Assembly (NCBI GenBank): GCA_043814055.1 | Contig: JBDRKL010000010.1 | Span: 32,001 to 96,000 of the forward strand | Source of the DNA: an archaeon | GTDB lineage: Archaea > Undinarchaeota > Undinarchaeia > Undinarchaeales > JBDRKL01 | Direction: 5' to 3' | DNA length: 64,000 nucleotides | In this document: positions 19,682 through 30,300 of the stretch, one piece after another | How the letters are laid out: each line of letters begins with the position of its first letter | Numbering within the stretch: position 1 is the first letter of the stretch | Notes under the pieces: model-generated | The model's input: only the letters and a program-made list of their open reading frames with translations | What the model was told of the DNA's origin: nothing | Databases searched by the model: none | Program-made: the position numbers and the translations under genes

Positions 19682-20569
19682 ATGTGGATTTACTACGTGC
19701 TACTGGCAGTAATGATGTGGTCTGTGAGCGACACCATAGCCAAGATAATGATTGACCACTTTGTAAAGCACCCGTTTAACCTGCTTATGTTCATTGGTTT
19801 GACTGCAGGGGGCGTTTCCCTTGCAACTGGTATGGTGGCGGGCGGTTTCTCAGCCCCGTGGCCTGCCCCGGTTGCACTGGCTGGTGGCCTGCTATGGTTT
19901 CTTGGCTCAACAACCTATATGAAGGCGCTTGAAGTTGAGGAGCTTTCAAGAGTTGCTCCACTTATTTTCATAAAGCCAATAGTTGTGCTGGTAATTGCAT
20001 ACTTCCTGCTCGGCGAGGTGTTCACACTGCCAAAATACGCAGGCATCGCAGTCCTCTTAGTAGGTGCAGTGCTTCTGACACTCAGAAGAGAGGGGAATCT
20101 GCTCAAGAAAAGCTCTGCAATAAAATACGTCGCCGGATTCGTGCTTGCCTGGGGACTGCTTGACGTGTTCGCAAAATATTACCTTGACAATTACGTGTCT
20201 TTCCTGGGCTGGATAACCTACTTCCTGATGGGCATTGCGCTGAGCACTTCTGTGTTCTGGCTCTCAAAGGAAATGCGCGCAGGCTTTTTTGTCTCGTTCA
20301 GCCCGCCAAAAGTTTTCATTGCCGAGCTTGTTGGTGCGCTGTTCATAATGCTCGCGATGTTCCCGTTCGCATACGCGCTCACTCTTGGGCCTGTCACGCT
20401 CATCTCTGCTGCGAACGCGACCCAGACGCTTTTCACTGTTCTGCTGGCTAGCGCAGTGACACTTTTTATGCCGAAGATGCTCAGCGAGGGCATTGACAAA
20501 AAATCAATCCTGTTAAAGTTCATTGCAGTTGCATTGATAATCCTTGGAGTTTACCTGGTGAGCATATGA
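19682..20569 (+). CDS. EamA/DMT family transporter
   Basis: About 10 TM helices in two repeats; ELSRVAPL, FLLGE, GPVTLISA. Confidence 0.8.
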   Translation: MWIYYVLLAVMMWSVSDTIAKIMIDHFVKHPFNLLMFIGLTAGGVSLATGMVAGGFSAPWPAPVALAGGLLWFLGSTTYMKALEVEELSRVAPLIFIKPIVVLVIAYFLLGEVFTLPKYAGIAVLLVGAVLLTLRREGNLLKKSSAIKYVAGFVLAWGLLDVFAKYYLDNYVSFLGWITYFLMGIALSTSVFWLSKEMRAGFFVSFSPPKVFIAELVGALFIMLAMFPFAYALTLGPVTLISAANATQTLFTVLLASAVTLFMPKMLSEGIDKKSILLKFIAVALIILGVYLVSI

Positions 20570-21000
20570 AACTGGTGCTTGACGCCTCGGCGATCATAAA
20601 TGGCTTCAGCGAAGAAGGCGAGCTAATGACCACGCTTGCGGTTTCAAAAGAAATAGGCGACCGAGATATCGGTGAGGTTGTAGTGCGGAACCCTAAAGAG
20701 GAATTCGTGCAAATTGTGGCTGAAAAAGTGAAAGAAAAGAACGACAACCTCTCAGAGCAGGACATCGGACTGCTCGCGCTCGCTCTTGAGTTCAAAGCGC
20801 AAGTAGTCACGGACGACTACGGCATACAGAACATCGCGAAGCTTTTAGGCATCAAGTTTATTCCAATTGCTCAGGAAGGAATCAAGGAAGTTCTCAAATG
20901 GCAATATTACTGCCCAGGGTGCAGAAAGCACTACAAACAAGACGGGGTTTGCGGGGTTTGCGGGACTGGGCTGAAGCGGAGAGCCAAGGAAAGTATATAA
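20566..21000 (+). CDS. nob1: Nob1-like PIN endoribonuclease with Zn ribbon
   Basis: VLDASAII, LSEQD, TDDYGIQN, CPGC..CGVCG. Confidence 0.88.
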   Translation: MKLVLDASAIINGFSEEGELMTTLAVSKEIGDRDIGEVVVRNPKEEFVQIVAEKVKEKNDNLSEQDIGLLALALEFKAQVVTDDYGIQNIAKLLGIKFIPIAQEGIKEVLKWQYYCPGCRKHYKQDGVCGVCGTGLKRRAKESI

Positions 21001-21032
21001 ACAGTGGAGGTCATCTTTTTTTGGGAGCAAGA

Positions 21033-21710
21033 ATGGTCAAACTATGTAGTAATGCGTATGCTGGGTTTTTTCCCAGATTGCTAGGCATTTTAATGCTCTT
21101 TTCCCTGTTATTACAATTGCCGGTTCTAGCAGCTGATTCCCCTGCTGGCACTTCGCTTGAAGCATCCCCGGGCAATACCCTTGATCTTAGCCTTAACTCT
21201 GTGCCATACACCCTAACTATTACAGAAGTTGATGTCAGCTCTGTCACATTGACAATTAGGTCAGAAACTACCAAGATGTTCGTGAAGTTTTTTGACAGCA
21301 TAACGCTGGACATTGATGAGGACTCTGTGAACGACCTGAGCCTTGTGATAGAAAGCACCCAAGACGGCAAATCGCTCCTAAGAATAGAGGAATTAAATCC
21401 CAGTATCACAGAGAGCAGCAGCTTAACCGGCTCTTTAACCCAATTAAGCAGAAAGGCCATAAATACCATCATCAAAAAAGTGGCAGTACCATTACAGGGC
21501 TTGGACACAGAAAGAAGCGAGAGGGTATTAAGTAATGGGCAAGCAGAAGCTGGCGCAGCGCACACCCCAACGGGCATGATATCTTTGCTTGGGCTAGGGT
21601 TGAGCGCAGGCGCAGTAATCGGCGCAGCGCTATTGATAGGGTTGCTGGTAGCGATGAGGGAAAAAAGTTTCAAGGAAACCAGAGAAGGCAGGACGGGGGG
21701 AGTTAAATGA
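21033..21710 (+). CDS. Secreted protein with C-terminal membrane anchor
   Basis: ATG 21033 is the likely start because the ORF-track start overlaps nob1. Signal peptide, beta-rich domain, then PTGMIS + TM helix + basic tail. Confidence 0.7.
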   Translation: MVKLCSNAYAGFFPRLLGILMLFSLLLQLPVLAADSPAGTSLEASPGNTLDLSLNSVPYTLTITEVDVSSVTLTIRSETTKMFVKFFDSITLDIDEDSVNDLSLVIESTQDGKSLLRIEELNPSITESSSLTGSLTQLSRKAINTIIKKVAVPLQGLDTERSERVLSNGQAEAGAAHTPTGMISLLGLGLSAGAVIGAALLIGLLVAMREKSFKETREGRTGGVK

Positions 21711-23893
21711 GGCAGGAAGGCGCGCTACAGGTGCTACTTACGCTAATTGCCCTGATTTTTTTCAGCATGGTGGTTCAAGGCGCTTTTGCAGCTTCTTACA
21801 CTGTTCGGGTTGAGGATGCCGCCCTCACTACTGATGTCTATAAGCAGCCTGGTGACTTTGTTAATATTGTAATATGGGCTTCTTCTTCTGGCTCGGCTTC
21901 GCTCTCATATAACAATGATTTGAAGCTGGTGGGCGGCGATTCCAATAGTGTATCTTTGTCTTTGGGCAGGAATGTACTGAAATTTTATATCCCTGAAGAT
22001 GCGGATACCGGCTTTTATTCCGTGACTGTTGGCTCAACCACTGTGAGCTTTAAAGTCATTACAAATCCTTCGCTGATTATTATTACACACCGCAACAGGC
22101 TTTTTCAGCGGTATGGTCAGAACTCAAACAGCCAGAGCGGCACTGTAATTTCTCTTTTGGCAAAGGCGTATGAAAAGGCCGACGATGGCAACGGCATTGT
22201 GTATGACCTCGGCAATTTTGATTCCATGCCTGAATACCTCTGGAGCTCTTATTCCCAATATTCAGAGGAGCCGCTTTCCCCTGAAGAACTTGACAATTCC
22301 TATGCCGTAAGCGCAGGCATTTTCGTGCAGAGCAGGTGCAAGGCGCCAAACTGCGAGAACGTGCTGGTCCTTGGTGATGACTATGTCGTCCCGTATTACA
22401 GGCGAAGCGTGACAATGACACAGGGCTGGCTGTGGAACCAAGGGGAAGCTACTGAAACAATTTACACAGACCTTTCATATATCCCAACAAAACGCATGTA
22501 CTTTTCTGACCTGGACTCGCTTTTTCCCGGCTCCCAAGTGACGATTGTCACGCCGAGTTATGTAAGTTCCGAGTTGAATAACCAGATTAACGACCTAAAG
22601 AACGATCTTAAGTCAGAATACAATGTGGTTGTTAACATCAAGAGTTCTTACAACCTTGCCTGCAATTCCTACCTTGAACTTGGCGGCACGTTGGTTACAA
22701 AAAACCTGATTCTGATAGGTAATGCTGACAACAACAGGGCAATCGCCTGCCTGCCATGGGTTGAGAGCGGGGAGTCAACGATTTCAATCGAGCGGAACGT
22801 GTGGGGCAACAAGGGCAGTGCGATTGTCTTGGAGACCGACGGAAAAAGGCTGGACAGCATCCTAACGCTGAGGAAGCTGATGGCAGAGCAGGACAAAGAT
22901 GAGTTTGATTTTGGGAGTGCTGTTGTTGCATGTTTATGGGACGGAAAGTTTGAGGGCGAGCACCCGATGATGCAGGAAGTCAGCTGCAATATGATTCCCA
23001 TTGTCGAGCTTGCACCAGACTTCAGGGACTCAATAAAGTGCCTGCTGGAGTCTGAAAAAACAACCATTGATGAGTTTGTCTGTAAAGTAAACCACTTTGC
23101 AACCTTTTATGATCTTGCCGGATATGGGGCTGCTTTCGTCAGTTTTGGCGCTGGCGGGGTGGCTGCCGAGGTCGGAGATACTGGCGTTTCTGTCTTGAAG
23201 GTTGGCTTGAAGAACGCCGCAGAGGGAATTAATGACCCCAAGGTTTTGAAAGCTGCGGCTGATTCTTTCGATGGGTTGTCAATAACAAAGAAGGTTAAGC
23301 ATACTAGTAGCCTGGCGGATATTGTGTACAAGAACCCTGCGAAGTATGAGGAACTAACCGAATCTTGGATTAAAATAATTTCCAAAGGGGACGGTGTCAC
23401 GACCACCACTTTTAAGGCAATTGATATTGACGTAGTGGATGTTAAGCATTTGATGCCGGACAAGTTCGCTGATTACGCAGAGGGCGTGAAAATTGCAGGC
23501 TATGCCGATCCTTTGACAGACGGCGCAGGGGTTCATAAAGTGGTGAAGGCATTTAATGCTCCCGGAGTAGTCACGAATGTCATTGATCCGGGCTCTGTCG
23601 TTGTTAAACAGATAGATGGGATGGCGATACTGAAACAAGGAGAGCATATAGGACCTAACAGTGGGTTTGGCCAGGTGCATATGGTGAAAGAAGGTCATTA
23701 TGACCAAATTAAAAATGCGTTTGGCCTTGCGGATAATAACAAGGCAGTGGATGAATTCATCCAGGAGGGGTTGGAGAAAGGGACGAAGTCAGGTAATACG
23801 ATCACTTGGGATGTACCCAACAATGAACACAATCTGAAAATCATTTTAAGTGACACGTCTCCCGGCAGCATTCAAATAGCTCGTCCCGATTAA
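21707..23893 (+). CDS. Secreted putative polymorphic toxin (N-half C25-like domain, S-layer-like domain, pre-toxin helices, C-terminal BECR-like nuclease)
   Basis: Signal peptide; VLVLGDDYVVP..IYTDLSY; NLILIG..NN; MIPIVELAPDFRD; Gly/Ala-rich helices; C-terminal LKQG..GFGQVHM..H..F..GSIQIARP. Confidence 0.6.
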   Translation: MRQEGALQVLLTLIALIFFSMVVQGAFAASYTVRVEDAALTTDVYKQPGDFVNIVIWASSSGSASLSYNNDLKLVGGDSNSVSLSLGRNVLKFYIPEDADTGFYSVTVGSTTVSFKVITNPSLIIITHRNRLFQRYGQNSNSQSGTVISLLAKAYEKADDGNGIVYDLGNFDSMPEYLWSSYSQYSEEPLSPEELDNSYAVSAGIFVQSRCKAPNCENVLVLGDDYVVPYYRRSVTMTQGWLWNQGEATETIYTDLSYIPTKRMYFSDLDSLFPGSQVTIVTPSYVSSELNNQINDLKNDLKSEYNVVVNIKSSYNLACNSYLELGGTLVTKNLILIGNADNNRAIACLPWVESGESTISIERNVWGNKGSAIVLETDGKRLDSILTLRKLMAEQDKDEFDFGSAVVACLWDGKFEGEHPMMQEVSCNMIPIVELAPDFRDSIKCLLESEKTTIDEFVCKVNHFATFYDLAGYGAAFVSFGAGGVAAEVGDTGVSVLKVGLKNAAEGINDPKVLKAAADSFDGLSITKKVKHTSSLADIVYKNPAKYEELTESWIKIISKGDGVTTTTFKAIDIDVVDVKHLMPDKFADYAEGVKIAGYADPLTDGAGVHKVVKAFNAPGVVTNVIDPGSVVVKQIDGMAILKQGEHIGPNSGFGQVHMVKEGHYDQIKNAFGLADNNKAVDEFIQEGLEKGTKSGNTITWDVPNNEHNLKIILSDTSPGSIQIARPD

Positions 23894-23906
23894 GCCTTAG
23901 CAATCC

Positions 23907-24377
23907 ATGAAAAACACATACAACACTCAAATATTGGATATAATTCCTTCGACAGTAGATGAAGGGAAAGGGCGGATTATAGATGGTTATGTAAAATTAA
24001 AAATAAATGACATTGAATTTTGGGCTTTTGCTTTAGAGGATTGGAGAACAGGCAAATGGTCTCTGTCTATGAAGGGCTCCAATTTATCATTAAAACTTAG
24101 TTTTTTGAATCTAAACATACAAGCATCTGAAAAAAAGATTAAACAAATAGTTCCAATACCAAATCAGAAAAAACCCTGTGATTACATAATTTATGGCGAA
24201 GTTGTTGATAAAGTGCCTTCGTCAAAACTTCCTGATAAATATGAGCGACTTCAGGTTGGATGTGGCTTTGTAGTAGGTGGTGTCAGTGTAGCTAAGAATC
24301 AATTCAAAATCGGCGACTACATCCAGGCAGAAGGCCGCTTGGACGCTTACCGCGTGAAGGAGGCAGATGAACTCTAA
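23907..24377 (+). CDS. Putative immunity protein (cytoplasmic, beta-rich, AT-rich gene)
   Basis: Small gene without signal peptide directly after the toxin-like C-terminus; markedly AT-rich; ends GDYIxAEGRLD. Confidence 0.55.
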   Translation: MKNTYNTQILDIIPSTVDEGKGRIIDGYVKLKINDIEFWAFALEDWRTGKWSLSMKGSNLSLKLSFLNLNIQASEKKIKQIVPIPNQKKPCDYIIYGEVVDKVPSSKLPDKYERLQVGCGFVVGGVSVAKNQFKIGDYIQAEGRLDAYRVKEADEL

Positions 24378-27300
24378 CCTAAAACCCCCACTGCTCGCAG
24401 CACTTATCATAGCCCTGCTCTTGGTAGTCCCAGCTCTTGCACTTGAGCCTGACTATGAGTCCGCTGCAGTTGGCCGCATTGTCGGCGACACCGCAACGGA
24501 GATGGCATCTGTGCTGGACTCAGGCGATTTCTCCTTCCAGCACGCCACATTTTACTCAAATAACGGTCTGCCTTACTCGCCTGCCATGGACACAAAATAT
24601 GTCCTTGGCGCGTATTTCCCCTCCCAGCTCACGTCCCAAATAAACGGCTGGAGCTGGTCTGACGTCAGCAGCAGCATGTCCTCGTGGAAGAATAACGAAA
24701 TGTTCATTGTTGAGGCGGACAGCATGTTCAGCAGTGGCGACTTAAAGGTTAAGGACAGCCCCTATTATGGAACTTCTTACTTAGAGGCCTCAGATGTTTC
24801 TGGCTGGAAGTCCAGTTTTAGCGCAAAAGACCCTTTGTTTGTGTTTGATGCTGAATACGCAGGCCTGTACCTGCCAAAGAGCTTTGACTCAACGGACTCT
24901 TTTGTTGGTCAGCTTGGCCAGGACTCCAGCATAATTGCCCCAACTGCTGTGCCAAGCGATGAGTTTGTCAAGTCCCTGGTGTGCTCCATGTATTATTCTG
25001 ACGGTTCTCTTGGGACTGCTTTCAGGGACGCAAGGAATTCCTACTATAGGAATGCTGAGAACTATGGGGAGCTGCCTGGCCTGTCCCTGATGTCCTATGA
25101 GCTGTACGGCGACCCAAGCGCCTCATTTTCCATGCCAGGGTCGCCAAGCCCGTCTGCAGTTGACCAGTATTGTTACCCCTACACAGAGGGCGGCACAGTA
25201 AACGTGCCAATGGAGATTGATATTACCAAGAAAGGCGCTGTAGCTGATGACGAGGTCTGGAAGGTCCAGCTGAGCGTTGGCAACATAAAAAATCTCAGGG
25301 TCAAGCTAAGCTGGGCGCAGACCAATGCAAACCTTGACCTGACTTTAGTTGACCCGAATGGCAAATCTTATTCCCCTAGTTCTACAGGCTCCTCAAACGA
25401 GGAAGTCACTGTATGGAACTTCGCCAGTAACCTGCGAAACAAGCCTTGGATAGTAAAGGTAACAGGGACAAATGTCCCGAGCAGCATTGGTTATGCAAAG
25501 TTTGATGTTCTAGCCACTTCTCCTTCTGATGAATCAGGCGGCGGGGGTGGTGGAGGCGGAGGTGGCGGCGGAGGCGGTGCAGGTGGCGTAAATCTCACAT
25601 CCATAAGCCTCAATTACCTCTCAGCGTGCTCCCCTGAAAATGGTCTGACTTTTGTAATCAAGGGGACAAAGGCAGGCGAGGGGGATGAAATCATAGTAAA
25701 CCCGGACCAGGCAGCAGGGGAAGCCTTGAAGTATTTCAAGACCGGTCTTGTGATACCAAATTATGCGCAGTGGATTACAATGGACTTCAAGCCAGGGCAC
25801 TTGGACTGGGACAACTGCGGAACTGTTGAAAGAGTTGACCCTATCTTCAGGCAGACTGAGGTCGCCCGCGTCATGTTCGACGCCGACGTGAAATTAAAGT
25901 TTGATGAGTTCGGCTCTGTTTCCGAGACTCTCCAAAAAGAGATGCGGCAGTATTGGATTGATGACATACAAGCAGGGCCGTATTGGAGCGAACTGTCTGC
26001 CAAAGGCTTCAATGAATTCCCTGATTACAAAAGGCGCGCATATATTCATCCAGCGGCATTTGAGGTAAATGGAAGCGGCTGTAATATATTCATATCCGAG
26101 GCAAAGATGAATGTAACGCATGTGTTTGACTGGGTTGTCCTGGATACTGCGAGATATAGCCTAAGCCCTGAGGTACAGGCCTATTTGGACCAGCGCCTTG
26201 AGAACTGGGAAAATGTTTTCCAGATGCGGCAGGAAACTGAGCTTGTTTCCAAGCATCTTGAGTCATTAAACAACGATCCAAAGTATGCAGAAATGAGGCG
26301 GGTCTACACCGCATTGGCGCTTGTACAATGGTACAAACAACAGGACAGGAGCAAGATACCATTTGGAGATATCATTGACTCAAACAACATAAGCGGCTTG
26401 GAGTCAGACCCCCTATTTGACCAGAGCTATTGGGATGCGCAGGCTTGTCAATTCATGTTCACGACTCCAATGCCATGCGGCTTCTATGGCGGAACCTGCA
26501 ACTGGGACTTCGGCGGAGGGGTCTCTCTTGGCTCTGTCCCGCCGGACGTGCTCGGCGAGCTTGACGGGCAGATAAGTGAGCTGATGTCAGAGGCAATCAC
26601 TGCGCCGTATGTGCAGGAGGGGAACGATTATTATTTTGGCGGGGAGATTGTGGCAAACGAGCCTGACCTAAAGCCTGTTGGCATGGGCTTTTCCGAGCTA
26701 TCTCCTGCCACGCAGGAAACCATCAACATAACTGCGGATCTAGCCAATACAGGGCGCACTGGTTCAGCCGGATTCACAGCAAGGTTCTATGACAAGTACA
26801 CGTATCCAAATGGTCATGTGGCTGCGTATTTGATTGGGGATGCTAGCGCTCCGCCGCTTGATGCAGGCGCTTCTGAAGCAGTATCAGTCAGCTGGAGCAC
26901 CGGGGATCTCCTGGGTACACATGAAATTTACGTGAAGGTAGACTACAATGGCGAGGTTGATGAATCCAATGAGCTGAACAACCTGTTAATCAAGGAACTT
27001 GCTGTGGTTGACCCTAACCCAACAGCAATGATAATGTATCCTAAAAACGGGGCTGGTTTTTCACAAGGGAGCATTGTGGCTTTATCTGGCATAGGAAGTG
27101 ATGAGCAGGACGGTTTCCTCCCAGAGTCCTCAATTGGGTGGAGCTCAAGCATTGATGGTGGGCTGGGCACAGGATTCCGCCTGGAGCTTTCCAACTTGTC
27201 AGCAGGAACTCATACTATAACCCTGACTGTAACTGACAGCACGGGATTGCGGGATTCAAAGCAGGTGGCATTAACTATCTACAAGCCTGATTATCCCCGG

Positions 27301-30300
27301 GTTTTATTGAGCTCGCCAACAGAAGGGCAGAAGTTTGCAGAGGGTGAGCTAGTATATTTCACTGGCTCTGCTTTTGACCCTGAGGACGGCGTACTGCCTG
27401 ATTCTTCACTTGCCTGGAGCTCCAGCATTGATGGCGAATTAGGAACGGGAAAATCAATAATGAGTACAGGCCTGTCAGTTGGTACTCACATCATAACTCT
27501 CTCAGCCACGGACAGTAGCAGCTTAACATCAACTGCTAACACCAGCATAGTGGTAGAGGAAGGCAGCCCGGTTGCAAGCATTGCCTCTCCTGCGAGCGGC
27601 AACAAGTACTTTCAGGAGAAAGACATATCATTCAACGGCTCTGGCTCTGACCTGCAGGACGGCTCACTGCCAGGAAGCTCCCTTTCATGGTTATCCAGTA
27701 GTGACGGATATCTTGGTCTGGGAGCTACAATCTCCAAAGCTCTGACAAGCGGCACGCATGTAATCACACTCACTGCCACTGACAGCCACGGCCTTACTGG
27801 CACAAGCCAGGCAACCATCGAGGTGCTCCCGCCTGGCTACGCATACTCCTCTATAATGTCGCCGCGCAGCGGACAGGAGTTCATACATGGAAGCACTATA
27901 ACATTCACAGCAAGCGGAGAGGGTGCGCAGGGGTCTTTACCAAGTTCTGCATTCGCATGGTCCTCAAGCATTGACGGCGCGATTGGAACAGGCAATTCAT
28001 TTAATTTTGACTCAACCACCCTGAGCGTGGGAGAGCATGAGATAACGCTCACGGTCAACAGCAGTGGCGGACTGGTTAGCGCGCTGAAGACTGACATAAA
28101 TATAACCCCTGCGCCGCCGGTCGCAAGCATTGTATCGCCATCAGCCGGTCAGGCATTTGCTGCAGGCGAAGATACCATATTATTCAACGGGTCAGCAGTT
28201 GACCTAGAAGACGGCGTTCTTGGCGGGGATTCACTCGTATGGTCCTCAAGCATTGAGGGGGGAATTGGGACCGGCGCCTTGTTCAACAGGACTAACCTGT
28301 CCGTAGGGACGCACAAAATAACGCTCACAGCCACTGACAGCGATGGAAAACAAGGCACCGCAGAAGCCAATGTTGTTGTGGTTGGAATTGGTGAAGCAAC
28401 GCTAATCATATTCTCCGACGGCTCTGCAGTGAAGAACTTTACATTCTCATCAGCTGGGAGCCAGGTCGCTTCTTTGAAGATCCCGAAAGAGGGGGATGTA
28501 ACTTATGCAACAGTGCAGATTGAGGGCAAAACTGCTGGGGGCTATTATGGCGGAGGGAGCCCCAACTTAGTTTCTTACTTTAAATTTGAGGAGAGCTCTG
28601 GGCAAACCGCAATTGACAGCAGCACCTACCAGAATCATGGGCAGCTTGGATCTACAAATGGGACAGATTCCAGCGATCCAACTCGGGTAAACGGTCTTAT
28701 TGGAAAAGCGCTGGAATTTGACAGGTCTGATGATTTCGTCAGTGTGCCTGATGATGACTCACTTGATTTCGGGACAGGAAGCTTTACTGTAGAGTTCTGG
28801 ATGAAGCACAATACAATTGTCAGGTCCAGCGAAGCCGGGGACGAGGAGTATGCAGTCATCAAGATGAATTTCGGCAACCACGAGGGCTTTTATATCAGGA
28901 TGGACCCGTACCAAAGCACAGCAGGTCAATTGGTTTTTCGAGTCAGGGATACCATACCCAGTACCACAGATCTCCATTCTCAGGTAGCACTTGACGACAA
29001 TAAGTGGCATTATATCGCCTGTGTCAAAAATGGCACTTCATCACAGAAGATATACGTGGACGGGGTGGAGAAAGCCTCAGGTACGCCACCGGCTGGCAGC
29101 ACATCCCACAATCAGGATTTGTTCATCGGAAGCAGCCTCCAAGCCAACAGGGTTTGGGGTGGAATTATTGATGAGGTCCGCATATCTAATGTAGCCCTGA
29201 GCGCTTCTGAGATTAGCGGGCATTATGCCCATGCTGTAAATTGGATTGGCTACTGGAATTTTGACGAGGGGAGCGGACAAATCGTGGGAGACAAGAGCAA
29301 CAACAATCATAATGGAATGCTGGGGGCTTCAGAGAATATTGATAACGATGATCCTTTATGGGTGGGTGGGATTTCAGAAAGTGCATTGGAATTCGACGGA
29401 AACAATGATATTGCTAAAATTTCAGCCGGAACCTGGGATGATTTTGGCAGCAATAGTTTTACAGTAGGATTCTGGGCAAAAACAAACGAATTATTTACAG
29501 ACAGTATACATCTCTTGGTCCATAATATGCAGTATTCAGGGGGTCCAAATGCCCTTGGCTGGGACATTGGCATCCTAAAGAATGGGAGCGTGCTTTTGGA
29601 TATCCGTGATGGGCACGACGAAGCCCAGGCGTATTCAAATTCAGTGATCAGTGATGGGACATGGCATTATATTGTTGGCGTTCGAGATGGGTCTTCTATA
29701 AAAATATATATTGATGGGAAAAAAGAAGCCACATCGGATTGTTCCAATGTAGACTCAACCAGCAATAGTGACCCCATAAGAATAGGGGGCAGATACCCGT
29801 CTGAAAGCTATTACTTCTATAAAGGTGCTATAGACGAAGTTATGCTTTGGGACTATGCGCTTTCTGATGTGGAAATCCAAGAGCTATATCCTGGCTCCTC
29901 TTTATCATACCCGTTAAACCCCAGCCTGGACGCTGGCTCGGACGGCAATTCTGAGTGGAGCTATGCAGGAGCTTTTGGTGCAAAGGAAACAACGCAGGAC
30001 TTTCATAGCGAACTGAACGAGCACCTGCTGGCGTGCACGCCTGTAAACAACATGTGTACAATCCCACTAAAAGTGTCTTCCAAATCGGCAGGCATCCTGG
30101 AGCTTTCCAACATCAGTATCCAATATTCTATAGTAGACAAGTATCCGCCTGTAATCCACAGCATAGTCATCATACAGAACACCTACAAGCCAGGCGAGCT
30201 GCTAAAGATTAAGGCCAATGTGTCAGACAACGTTGAAGTGCAGCGGGTTGAGACGGCGCTCAGCAATTCAATAGTACAATTGGCTTATAATGAGGTGACT

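Noticed and set aside
20898-21032. 5' extension of the secreted protein given in the ORF track
   Set aside because: Overlaps nob1 by ~100 nt; the signal peptide begins after ATG 21033.
8894-21673. Long antisense ORFs (e.g. 8894-9508, 12012-12737, 13070-13564, 21011-21673)
   Set aside because: Shadows of well-supported genes on the opposite strand, with no motifs.
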